Below, piece after piece: positions 1 to 13,300 of a stretch of 64,000 bases of DNA. The translations under genes and the position numbers were made by a program. The notes below the pieces were generated by a model. It had not been told where the DNA came from and ran no database searches. It saw only the letters and a list, made by a program, of their open reading frames with translations. Position 1 is the stretch's first letter. The number at the start of each line of letters is the position of its first letter. Origin of the DNA: Yuukianura sp. NJ FZ-2021 (Eukaryota); the NCBI GenBank assembly GCA_046563655.1, contig CM102286.1, forward strand, positions 7,316,001-7,380,000, in the 5' to 3' direction.

Positions 1-3000
1 AAATTTTCAAAAATGTTGTTTCAAAGAATTTTTAAAGTTAGAAGTTGGCGACATTCAAGTCATCGATCTACGCTGCCTTTTATTTCCATATTAGATCGTT
101 TTTTTTTTACATTTGACCACTAATGTAAAACAACAACAAAAAATGAGTTGTGGGTTGTATTGCAAATGGGTTCAGATCTTTGAAAATTCAAAGTTGGAAA
201 TGTCAAAGTTTTGATTGTGAGTAAAATCTCAATTCTTGAGTTGATATGTATGAATATTGAACATGTAAAACGTACAAATTGATACATATTTGTGGCGTTT
301 CTTTTATTTGTGTCTTCTTCCACTTTTTTTTGAAATTTTAGCGATGAACTTTTTGTATGGAGATTTGCGAAGTGAAAGGCTATTGGGCGTTAAGTGAGGA
401 AATCCGAGTCAAGTGAAGAGCAGTTGATACGGTCAAGTTTAAATTGGGCGTTTTTCTTTTGCTTGAGGTTTGGATTTAAACGAAACTCGGAAAGCAGAAG
501 GGTACTTGACTAGGACTTCTGAAAAAAATCTAAAATCTGGAGGACTCCTATTCTAGAAGATCCGTTTTCTAGTTGGCTAGAAGATATACTCAGAGCGTAG
601 GCAGAGTGTCAGTTCTATTAGAAGGTTTTAGTAGCTTCAACTTCTAGTTTTACTTTCTAGTCCAAAGTGGAAGAGAAAGTCAGTTGTTAGGCAAGGCAGT
701 CGGTGGAAAGTGGCTCCGCTTTTAGTTGACACTAAATTTATGGTCCAGCACAAACCCTATTGATTTCTTACCCAAAGAATAGTCTCTTTTGCTCCCTTTA
801 ACATAACAAAAAAAGTGATGGAACGAGTCTTAACTTTTTTGTTCTTAAGCAGGGACCTAAACTTGTCATAAAATCTCAGCTTGGGATGAAACATTGGGAA
901 AACCCAAATTTTGGGCCTAAACTAAAAAAAAATGATAGATTTTATTTTGGAATAAACTGATAGGGCTGATTTTGGAATTGAAAAAATGAAATAGAAAACA
1001 ATGTGTAAATTCTAAAAATAAAGTTTCTGCTTAATTTTCTTTTATGCGTGTGCGTGATTCAATTCAAATTTTTTCTTTTTGTGTTTTGGGTGTTCTTGTG
1101 CATGTAACGTGTAGTTTTTTTTTTCGGAGCGGCACAACTTGAGTGCCAAACATTTGATTATACACGCAATTAACTTCCAGCTCAAAAAAAGTTATCACGC
1201 GTGAGGGCGGGATTTTTTCAACTCTCGTTTTTGAAATTGAACCGTTTCTGGAGGTTTTTGACGTGCGTTTTGAACGAAAAGAAGCAGAGGGCAAAACTGT
1301 TTGTTTGAATGTGCGTAACATGCGCACGAAACGTTACTTTCAAGCTAGTTTTGTGGAGTAATAACAGTGAGTAAAAGAACCAAAGGCCATGTCACCATTA
1401 TTAATAAAGTTTTCAAATGGTTAACAAGTAGTGAATGGAACCTGTCATGCCTTTTCCCGCTTTTTCAAAACTTCCCTCCAAAATTAAGCTCCGTGGAACC
1501 TTTGACCACAAAATTATAATTTGAGGCCCATGAGAACCACGCCCTTTTCACCAAACACGCAAAAGGCTGATTGGGAACTTTTTCAGGAAATTCCAAAAGT
1601 GTCGTTGTACTTTTTCCGAGAGCTTTTCTTATAAAACCGCGACACTAGGGAAAAAGAAGAAGTTTTTTAAAGCTTTTTTTGAAAAGTGAAAGTTAGGTTC
1701 CAGAATGTTCAATTAATTGAGTTCATAGGATGATTCGAGTCATTGAATCGAAAGGAAAGTTTTATAATTGAGACTCCTTTGCCCTCTAGTGACACTTTCA
1801 ACTTTCGACTTTTCACTTTCTCCATTCCTATTCATTTCGAATTTTCGTATTTTCCCACTTCCAAAGCCCCAAAACTTTGTCACGTTATTCCTTCCTTTGT
1901 GTGGTTCAGTCGATTTCAAATTCATTGTTAAAAGTTGTGCTACTCACAACTTTTCCTGGTGACCTCTGAACTTTCTCTCCTTACACCCTCCGATTACTAT
2001 ACCAGGGTTACAAAAGTTACAATTACAAAGTTACAACTTTAGCTTGTTAGTTAACTTCAAAAAGTTACACAAGTCTCTCACACTTTTCTCCTTTTTGTCA
2101 TCAAGGTTCACAGCAGAAACTTTTCAACTGTTTTGAAACAAAAATTTAATACAAAAGGGTATTTGAAAAAGAGCTTTTTTTTCACTTTCCTTCCTGGGTG
2201 TTTTTGACAACTTGTCGAACAAATTTTTAGTGTATTGCTTGTGTTCTCATTAATTTAAGAACTCCCGCTTCGCCAACGTCCACTACCAGCGTGACACTTT
2301 TTTCCCGGTCGACCAAGCACTGAAAGGCTAAAAAACAATTTTCATCTTCTTCAACAGCGTCATTCGATGTCACAAATTTAATCGACTACATTTGTCTTTA
2401 TCCCTAACCTCCTGTGTAGTTCTCATCAATCATCTTCATCCTTCTTGTCCTTTTTACTAAAACATGAAAAGCACTTACTGGATCAACAACACAATTTTTC
2501 AAAAAATGGCGCCAAAACTTTTGCAAACAAAAAACTTCTTTGTTATAAAAATTGTATGCCATAACCTTAACCTTTTAGAAGCTACTGTTTACGACATTTA
2601 AAGCTTACATTAAAAAGTTTTCAAACGCAATGAAAATGTAAAAGTGAAAGTGTCATTGACCCTGTTTCTTAGAAACCACAAGAATTTAATTTTTTGTGAA
2701 AAAAAACACAAACTGAAAAAATTGAAACCCAAAAAATATGACTCAGTTTATTGTCGGTTTACGCACAAAACTTTTATTTCAAAATTATGTGTTTCAGTGT
2801 GGAAATTTTTTTTCGTTTCCTGTCCAAAATTTTATTTGACGAAGAGGGAGGAGGAAAGTGAAAGCAAAGTTTTCTTTTGTGGTTATTTTTTATTATGGGG
2901 GAAAATCAAATCTCAGAAAAATTTTGGTTTTCTGAAGCCACACTTCAATCTAGTTTTTCTTTCGTCAAAGTTGATGCAATTTGTGTATGAGGGGGACTTT

Positions 3001-6000
3001 GCTGGAGGTTGGCTTGAACCCTTGAAAAACAAACACAAATCTTTTCTATTTGTTCTTTTCTGTGTTAAACCTTGTCGTACGAGGGAGTGGAGGGGACGAT
3101 GTTTATGAGTCTCTTCTTTAAATATCCTGGAGGCCAGAAAATAAGTTTCTGAGGCTTAGAGTTCAAGGAGGGAAACTTTGAATTTTTGAAATTTGAAAAT
3201 CCTAAAAGTACTTTCTCTGGCGTTCTCAGTACTAGAGACTTCAGTCTAACCTTAAGCCTAAAGTAGAAAGTGAAATGGAGACGGGGGAGGAAGGATGATT
3301 GAGCCCTTGGAGCTCAATTCATAAATGTCATGAGGGGAGAAAAGTGTATGTCCTTTCTGGAGAAGAACTTTTAGCCTCAAGTACTTTTCTATAGTTACTC
3401 CCTCCATGGTGTAAGTTCGAGGTTTGAAAATTAAAGTTCCCCCTCTTGTTAAAAAACCCAAAAACTTTGATGCTTGAAGTGAAAGCTTAAGAAAAGAGAA
3501 AGTCAGCAGGATCAACAATATTTAATTTCGACAAATTTTCTTTGTTCAAAACTGTCATTTTTTTCTCAATTGAAACATTTTTAGTAAAAATAAGTCTCCC
3601 CTTAAGGGAAACAGTGTTTCTGCATCGTGAACATCACTGCACTAGCCAGTTCAAATAATGTCTTCTGAACATTTTTTTTTGAAATTTTATTCCTTGAAAA
3701 TATTTTAAAAAATGGTGACTCGTTTTGGTTGGTTGGCTTAAATCATGAATTCGCTGCACGTTATGCGAAACAAATGATGAGATGTTTGAGGTTAGTAGTG
3801 TGGTGGTATCCTAGTGTCGATTTCTTCATCATTTTGTCTTGTCTTGCCTCATTGCGTATTCGTGGCTGTCGACCACTGTCGTTGTGGTGGGTGATGGCTG
3901 ATGATGACTATGTGGAATTGTGTGTCTGTGTGGCAGTAGTAAAAGGACGGAGATGAATTGACGTGTAGGACTTCTCTGTTCCCATTTACGAGAACATAAA
4001 ACCTACGTTTAGACTCATGGTCAAAGGTATGCAACTTTCCAGTGTCGCTTGATTGCTGTGGTGGATGATGAAGGACAATAAAAATGGCTGAAGTAAGGCA
4101 GATCCTGTGAAGACTGGTGGCAGGCGTCGCCTAGACATTTGCGAGACGTCGTGAATTACGGATGAGACATTTCCCTCCGAATTCCGTGGAAAACGTGAAT
4201 TCGGTGGAAACGTTTTTATGAACCATGAACGGCACATACTGTACAATCTTGCGGAAACTCATTCAGTACCGAAACTTTACCCGCCAAAGTTTGAAACCGT
4301 GAGACCTCCGATTTTGGTCGGAAAACATGCTTTAGATCGAAACCGACGTTATTCCCAATATCGGGAGACTACATTATGTAAGCTCAAGTCAAACTGAACC
4401 TAACGGACGGTTTCAAAGTGCTTTCAAAATAATAAGGAAGAATGGTGTAAATTGGTGGTCTGTGGGGAATGTGATGCAATCCTGTGGGAACTCAGGACTC
4501 GAATATGAAGTAGGAGAAAATTACGCCGGAGGGCAATTTCTCTAGTGTTTCCTCCATTTTCTCTTGTGTCCCCAAAAAAGTCCTAGAACTGGAAGTGATG
4601 ATGAATATTTTGAATTTTATTTCCCGCCACTCCGAAAAAAAAATTCCCGCAAAAACTAAAGTGGATAACAAAGGAGCAAGTGCATGAAAAGTGCCTTCTG
4701 GCGCATTTACACCCCAGTTCCCCTCTCCACTTTCTCCTATCCATATTCTCACCTAACCTAAAGCAATTCCATTCGGCCTTATTTTTACCAATTTCCAATT
4801 TGAATTTTCCCTCCTCCTTTCCATCGTTACTCCTAGTTTAAGTTCTTTGGATTAGAATTTTGAGAGACCCTGGAAAACTATTTTATTTACCATATCGCCC
4901 TCTGACCTCACCGCATACTCCATTATGTAAAAACATCTCAAAAGATATTCTACAGAATCGAGACAATCAACGACAAAAATCCCATCAACTTTTTATATTT
5001 TCATCATCATAAACTTCTGCTAACTCCGAAATGACTTTTTTCGTCTTCCTATGTTTTTTCATTTTCATTTTGAATTTTTACGGGCTAATTCTTTCTCGTA
5101 TGAAAAGAACTTTGGAATTGGAAATGAAGGAATTTCAAAGCCTATTCCAAAAATACGACTCAAAAAATAGATGTCGCCATTTTCAATTTTTTTTTCAATT
5201 TTTATGAAAGATTTTTATCATAAACGACAGCTTTTCGATTAAAGGCATTTTGCAGCTAAATACCAGCATAATTTACACAAAAACATTTTAGAAAGTGTTT
5301 TCACAATATAAAAATCAATTTCTTCTTTTCTTGTAAAACTGCTTTTCGTTTCGCTGTGTTCTCGAAAAGTTGGTTTTTAAAATTCAGCTGAAATTATTGG
5401 GAATTTGTGACACGTGCCTAAAATTTATGCTTGTAAAATACCGTTTACGAAATTTTTGTAAAGTGAAATCGTTGCATGTTTCCGTTTCGTCTTCATCACT
5501 TTCAGCACTCTCCAACGGGAAATTATTTTCAAAGTGTTCAGCGTGGTTCTAAAGTTGTAATTATTATTGAATTCAGCGGGAATTGATTGTTTTCTGAAAA
5601 GTTTTAATTACGGAACTCCATTCCCCTCCCATGTGTCATGAAAGTGTAGTAGTAACTCATTGCATGATTTTAAAAAAAAACAGGGGCGGACCGGAGTGCG
5701 CTTAACTTTGAATTATTTACTGTTACCGCCCGCTGGGTCCCGCTTTGCTGCACTTCCTACTTCCTGTGAACGTGGAACTCTCCGCCGCCAAAGGAATGTC
5801 GTACGCTTACAACCTAACTCAACTTTCTTCTTATCAGTCTCCTTTCCCCCGTGAACTAATTTCCAGCTCATTTTGAATTTCCCGCCGGGGTCCCTTCGTT
5901 TCCCGCCATTGTTGAACCCTCTCTCAGATTCCATTAAAGTGTGTGCGTGGGACAAGGGGGATGGAGGCGTGAATTTGTTTGTAACCTCTGGCATACCGTC

Positions 6001-7323
6001 GAGGTCGCGCTCTATTTGCATATAAATTGGAAAAGGATTGAGATACCTCTGTCTTTTCTCAAGGCCTTAACGAGGTCCCTTTGGCGGAAATTTTCAAAAT
6101 TCAAAAAAATTTGAAGAAAACTCGCCCCCGGTAAACCCACAACTCATCGTCGCACAACAATAAGTCGGTCGTCGTAAGCTTCGGCTGTCTCGGCTAGAGC
6201 CCTTGAGCTCATAAAAACGGCTTGGGCGGTTCCCTTGAGGAAGAGGCTTCATAGTTGTATGACTCCGGAAGTTTGAATCTTGCCGCCTTTTTCCTGCTTC
6301 AAAAAAAGAGAGAAACGCTTCGGCTGCGCTTCAGACAGTAAGTCGAATAGGAATTCCGGATTTGAACTCCCGTTCCCGAGCTGCCATTAGTTTGTTCAGT
6401 GATGCACAAATGTTTGAGACATGACCTTTATGAAACGATAGTCCGATGTTGTCATGTCACATGACCGCTCGCGTAGCTTCAAAACACGGAACGTGAGCTA
6501 GGTTTTGTGGTTTGTGTCTCTGGAACCGTATGATATGACAATAGCAGGTTCAGATTCATTTCACTTTTTTTTAAAAAAGACGCGCCATGACCATCCATGC
6601 TTTTCCTGAGAGAAAGCCTATTTCAAAATTCCGCGCTTTCCTTTTATGCCGTATGCTTGTCCTCGCTCCTAAACTCCTTTCTGCCTTTTCGGATGAATTA
6701 TTGAGAAGACTGACACGTTTTATCTGGGTCGCTTTTCTTCCATTTTCTTTTTTTCTCTGGAAGCGCTCTGAGGTCGAAAAAAAAACTAACATTTGCAACT
6801 TTCTTTTTTCTGCTCCACTTGGGGAAAGTCTAATGGCCACACATGGTTCTCCAATAAAATAAAAATGAGAAGGCAGGAGATTGAAAGGAAAGTTGGAGAA
6901 AGTATTATTTAGTCACTTTCTTTGACCTGTCAACCGTTTCTTTTTGGCCTCTCTTATGGTAAAAGTAAGAAGGACTTTTGTAAGTACTGTCCCATGTAAC
7001 TCTGGGGCCTGTCTCAAAGTCTGACTTGTCGGACAAGTCCTAACTTCCATGAGAAATGGTTAGGTTAGGAAAGTGCGGTGGACAAAAAGAGAAACTTTGT
7101 CTAAAGTTTCTGGACTTAAACATGAATTGTGTGTCATGATGCTCTTCAAAGATACGCGCGTAACTGCACATGTATAGTACTACGTACTATTACAAAAGTT
7201 ACGTTTTTGACCTTACTGTATAAACTTTGTGTGTGTTTCAGAATTTTGTGACTTTCGTAATCATAAATTTGAGTCAATTGACATTCTTGACAGAATATGA
7301 AACGAGTTTTTGTTTTTTGACAG

Positions 7324-10300
7324 CCGTTCCAGAACCGCCTGGGCGACCACTCATACTTGCTTTTACTTCTCGAACGGTCAATCTCTCTTGGGCTCCACCC
7401 ATGGACAGTCACAACAGTCGAATCTCTCACTATGTCATACACACGCGGTAAGTTCAAAAAAAGTTGCCGACTATAAACAAAGGTTCACGCTTAGATTTGC
7501 AGAACATGACACAAAATATAATTTACAAAAATCTACGTGTGTTGATTTTTACTACTTACTAATATACGCGAGTGAGGGCTATACATAGTGAAATACATAC
7601 TCAATATTAAAATTAGTTCACTTGTTTATTTATTTGTAAAATCAAGATCTAAAATATGGTAGACAGACGTAAGTGCGACCTATACGGCATGATATAGGTT
7701 AATGAAATGCCAAACTTTCTCTTCCAAATGTTAGACTTTCAAAAATTGTGTGTTTTAAAAAAGCAGGCATTTCATCAATCAATAATTTGATTTTTTTGAA
7801 GGAAAAGTTTGAGATCGATTAGTCGCACAAATTATACCAGAAAAAAATTTGAAATTCTTTGAAATTGTATATATTACTGTCTAAAAACATGTCCACTTTT
7901 TTTTCAACCAGGAAAAAAAAATTACCGTTCTTTTTTGCGAAAAAAGGAAGCGGAAACTTTAATACTGAAGGAAGTCCTATATTATGCCATTTCTGTTTCT
8001 GGAATTGGCCGTTTTCAGTAGAGTAATGGGCTGTTGTCTGAAGCGCTTTTCTTTTTTTCTAGCAGAAATTGAGCAACTTTGATCAAGATATAAAAATTTA
8101 TTATTGTTTTTGATATTTTCGATTGGTTTGGTTTGGACTTTGGAAGTTCTTTTTTCTTTGTTAGAGTTTTTACTGCCCATTCGATAACCCAGTTAACTCA
8201 GAGCAGACCAAACAGCAAGGGCCTGTCTCAGGAGAAAGCAAAAGTGAAAGCTTATTTCTGTTTTCACTTGGTCGGACAACAAAAGGCTTTTTCTGGAGCA
8301 GCTAACAGAGTATACGGTTACGTACGAACTTAGAACTAGCCAAAGTTCATATGGATGAGCCCGCTCTTTTCCTCATGAATTGAATAGGAACCTCAACCTC
8401 ACTATCTTCTTCACTTACTTAAATATTTATAAGGATAAACAATGGGTGCTGCAGAGGACTTAACAAAAGTTTGCCAACACTCTCGTATCACACGAAACAG
8501 ACCACACTCGAAACATGGAGCTCGCCGCAATGTTTTTATCTCGGCTCAAATACAACGGCGTAGTGCAAAGCACGACCATCGTCGTGCGTCATTCCGCTCA
8601 AATTTCAGATTCCATTTTTCGACCGTTTCCAAATTCTAAATTCAAAAATGACTGATGACAACCGTACGTTTCAGCTGTGCGAAATAAGGACTTTACCGGA
8701 AAATTGAATCAAGGAAATTTTGGACTGAATTCACAATAATAACTTATGCAAAAGCTCTAAGCACAACTTTCCTTATACAGTTCTTGTAGGGTCGCTTCAA
8801 GGTCACGTTAAAGACATTTGAAGTCGAGTTTTTTTATGCGTTTTTTGAACATGCCAAGATTTTGCACATTTGGCAAACATTTGAAAAAATCTTTAGATTT
8901 TTTAAGATGTTAGATCAGAGTAGGTCGGAGAATTATATGTTATGTTGGGGTAGGCTAGAAAGTCTAGAATTTTAATATAGTCTTTTTTGTTCGAAGATTG
9001 TTTTCTTTTTGCTGATCATGAGAAAAAGTTTTCATAGTTTTGGTTTTTGTCATGTTTTCGTAATGTTTGCTGAGGTGTCAGCATTAAGCTAGCAAAGTGC
9101 CAAAATATGAAAAGTCGAAAATGGATTCTGAGAAAACAGACGCTTTAGAATTTTTTTCCAAGAATTATGGGCTGTTGAGGAATCTTTGGCATTCAGCAGA
9201 ATTTGACTTTTCAAGTCGAGTCTTTTGAAAGTCCATTGTATTGATTCTTCCCGCGCTTACACCGCACCCAAGACAAGCAGTTGACTTTCACTTTTTTTTC
9301 TGCATCATCATCTTCTATCTTTTCCACACTGGAACATTAAAGTCCACACAAGAAGAAGTTTGGATAATCGTAATCTTCCAGAAAAAAAGCTAGGTTAGGT
9401 TAACCTAGATGGAAATTCAAAAGATGCGAGGAGGAGAAAAAGTTTGCAAAGGCTAAGTTCGCTTTCTTCGAAATCTTTTTGTGGAACCCGCCACGTCTTT
9501 GTCTTAGATTCCAAACTATGAACCATTTCTTGAAGAGTTCTGCGCCGTTTTCAAGTTAAAAAAACTGTTACCGCCACGGTGTGTGCTCCGTTTCCTCTTG
9601 ATCGAACACCATCTGAAACTTATAAAGCGCTGCCGAGGCACTCCCAAGTCATTTTCATGTGTAAAAAAGTTAAGCTCTTCTGGATAAGTTTTAAGTTCTT
9701 CGATTTCTCTTCTTTCTGCTAGTAGTTTCACTTAGGGTGCAGAAAAACCCCCTTTAGTCTAAAGGAAAGAGGTGTGCGCCACTTCAATTGAGACCATTTT
9801 TCACTCGAGGGTCGTAAAGCGCTGCCCTAAAATAATTCAAAAGGGCAGTTAAGGCCAGAGTAGGAACAGTGAAATGAAAAACCGAAGGTGAAAGTTCAGA
9901 TATATTAGATTGGAGACTAAGGTTACATTAGGTGAATGCCCTTAAGGACTTTAAGTTAACGTCCTTTGAATAATTTCAGGTAGCTCTTGAAGGGCTTTCA
10001 CAGTTTCAAACGGTGAAAGTTTGTTCAAATGGGTTGAGTTTTGATTCAACGGGGACCTATTCGTATTAGGTTAATTTTTGTATAGCGAAATTAGGATAAA
10101 GTAGAGACAGACAGGTGAACTGATTATCGGAAACTTTTTTAGACTAAAATAAGAAGGTTTTAAAAAAAAACTTTTTTAATGTGGATTCTATCACTTTTTT
10201 TGAAAAGAACTTCGCGCCAGTTTTAAAAACTTTCACGTTACTGCCATGCTGTCTCTAGAGACACACAAGACTTTCTTCCTCTAAAGATGTATTTCATGAA

Positions 10301-13300
10301 ACAACTTTTTTCTTAGCAAAAGTAGAAAAGTTGCTAAAAAAAACCAACAGTTTTGAAGACAGAAACAGTTGCAATTTAATTTTAAACTTTGGCGGCAAAA
10401 TTTCTGTCATTACTTTGCACTGCAAGGGAGCTATTGTAAGTTTTTTCAATTAATTTCTGAACTTTGCACATTTAATTTTGAGTTAATGAAAAACTATTAA
10501 AAGTGAAAGTGGACCACAGCGTAAAATCAAACCACTTTTCACGGCCATAAGTGAGTGGCACCATAAGAGCAATTTCTAGTGCTAAATGTGGAGATTTTTC
10601 CTTCAAAATTTTTAAGAAGGGTCATAAAAGAGTTTTCTTAAACTCAGAAGTGCCACTTGAACCAATCACACTGAAGTGTCACTTCTAAAAATTCTGAGAT
10701 TAAATGGATCGTGAGTTCTTCTTTAAGTGGATTTTTAGCACACACAAATTGAAATTCAATTAAGAACGTGTCACATTTTCTCACTTTGAGCGAGTGGGAA
10801 TTGTTGACACAAATTCCGGGAAATCAACAAAAATTTGAATTATTTACATAAGGGGATGATATAAGTAGTAAAGTGGGTGGGATGTGACAAAGGAAAAGAA
10901 TAATCTTATGCGTTGACTCATCCATTTTTGCATGAAAGACAGGAGAAGCAGCAGGGAGTCATCAACTTTCTCCCTTTTTTAAAAAAAATCGGGAGAAACG
11001 GCGCCAGATGCAAAATTCAAAAAAAAAATTTGGCTTTGGCGCGCATCTTTCTTAATCTTGGAACGTTATAATCTCTTGGATGTTGATTCTGGACATGAAC
11101 AAAGTCCCAAATCTCCACTTTTTTTCTTCCCCACACTTTCATTTCCTCAGCTCTTTTTGAAAAAAAAAGTTGAAAAGAAAAAAGTGGGAGAAAGTCGTTG
11201 TGAAAAATCCTCCAATAAAAATTCCAGGACACTTTCCCTTTCTCTTTCTCAACTTTTTTTTTTATAAAATTTTTTGGAGAAAGTCTCACATCAACTTAAT
11301 GGTTTCCTAGATTGATTTTCTGAAGGAGAAAGTCATTGAGTTCTTTCAAAACCACTATGCAAGGCCCACCGCCATGGTTTGTAGTTCCACCGCCACGGCT
11401 TCTTGTCTGACTCTGGCTATAGTAGTGGAAGTGCTGGAGAAAGTGACATTAGGCCCAAGGAAAGCTTCCGCACTTCTAGAAAGTCCAATGACAATATTCG
11501 ACAGAGTCGGAGGGGCTGCTTAATGAACTGAAACTCTGAAAGTCGTCAGCAGGGGACTCGAGGCTTCCTCTGGAGGCCATTGTGTTTCCAGCTCTCTTGA
11601 TGAACTACATGTCGTGTTCCACTTCTGCCGAAGATGACGATGATGGGAGCAGTGTCTTTTGAAAAGACGAGAGGAGAGACATGAACCTTAGAGGGAATGA
11701 CAGCCTTAGACTTTATGATTAACCTAACCTAAAGCTTAGTCTACGGCAACCTAACCAGCCTACAGTTAGCCTAACATAGCCTAACATAAGTTTTCAGCAC
11801 GAAACAAATGTTAAATCATAAAGCCAAAGTAATATTGCAGGATGAGCCAAAACACTCCCATTGCTCAATCAATCTTTTCAAAATGTCTTCAAATTGTAGA
11901 ACATTTGACAAAGTTAATCTCGTGTAACAAGTAGTGTGTCACACTTTGTCTTCTATATAAAAAATAACTAATCTATTAAAAATGGTTTTGAAGTAAGATA
12001 GTTTTACTTTTCAACCAGATTTTCTTTTGAATTAGCAGTTCAAGGAAAACCAAAATTTAATATTTGGTCAAGTAGAAACGAATACATTTACAATTTGTAT
12101 TGAAATCATTGTCTAATTTTGTTTGGTAACGCCAGTTGTGATTGTTGGCTTTGCAGTATTTTTTTTACGAAAAAATGTTAATTACAGTTTTTAATTTTTT
12201 TTAAAACTTCATAGAAGTTTTTTTGTTGTTAGTGGAAATTTCTTCGTGGAAAAATTCTGTTTTATTGAAACCAAACCACGGTAGCATAGAGTGAGTCACG
12301 CCAAAGAATCGTGGTGGATGGTGTCGACGGCGGCAGCGGCGCTAAAATTCTAATTTTGAGTTTTTTATTGTTCACTCAAGCGGAGAATTTGAATGAAGAT
12401 GAAAATTTTGGAAATCCGATCCTATTCATTTTCAGAGCTCTTAATTTAAAACTTGGAATTTTCACATTTTCTCTCTTTCTCTTTGTTATCCTCGCTTTCC
12501 CCTCCTGTGTGTGGTTAGAAGATCTGGTGCTGAGTGCGTGGAAGCGTCGGGAGGTTGAAAAATCAAAAAGCGCGCGTAACAAGTGTCGTTGTGAGGCTAG
12601 GCAGAGATTTCTGACTTTGAAATGAGGCCAATTGTCTCTCCCCAATGTCTCCGTGCCACAAAAAAAAAGAGTAGAAAGCCACATTCGGAAGAATAGAATT
12701 CCTAAGGATAGGAGGCACTTTTGCGAGGAATTAATTTGACGGTTGGGGACACATGGTTTTCCTACACACTTTTCCTCCTTCCAGCTCCTTCGTAAGTGCT
12801 AAGTCCAACAGAGCTGGGCATCGTGACCTCCTTCCAAGTCTTCCTCTCGAAGACATTTTGCCTAAAGTTTTCTCTTCCTTGGAACTCGTAGGAGCTGAAA
12901 CTACTGCTGGAAGAAGGAACATTCTGTCAGAGTCTGCTTACAAAAAGCCTAATAAATTTTGCGGTAAAGGAGGAGAGACCAAGGAGTATTCTCTAGTTCA
13001 GTAGCTAGCTCGAGCTAGTATGTGTTAGCTAACGTTACTGCTAGCTGTTAGCTCAGAAGAGTCAAGGCTTAAGACGTTTGCTGCCGAAAGTGTTTGAGAG
13101 AACGGAATAAATAAATTGTTTATGCAGAGACGACGAGAAAATAGATTCTCAAACTTTCTCTTTTTTTCGCTTGGAGAAAGTTGCAACTCGGAGGTCAAAA
13201 GACAACGTTCGAGAGAACTTCTTTTCTTCGTTTTTTAGAAGAGAAACTTTTGTGGAAAAGCTTTAACAGCTAGACTTTGTAGCACAATTTGTCACTTTAA

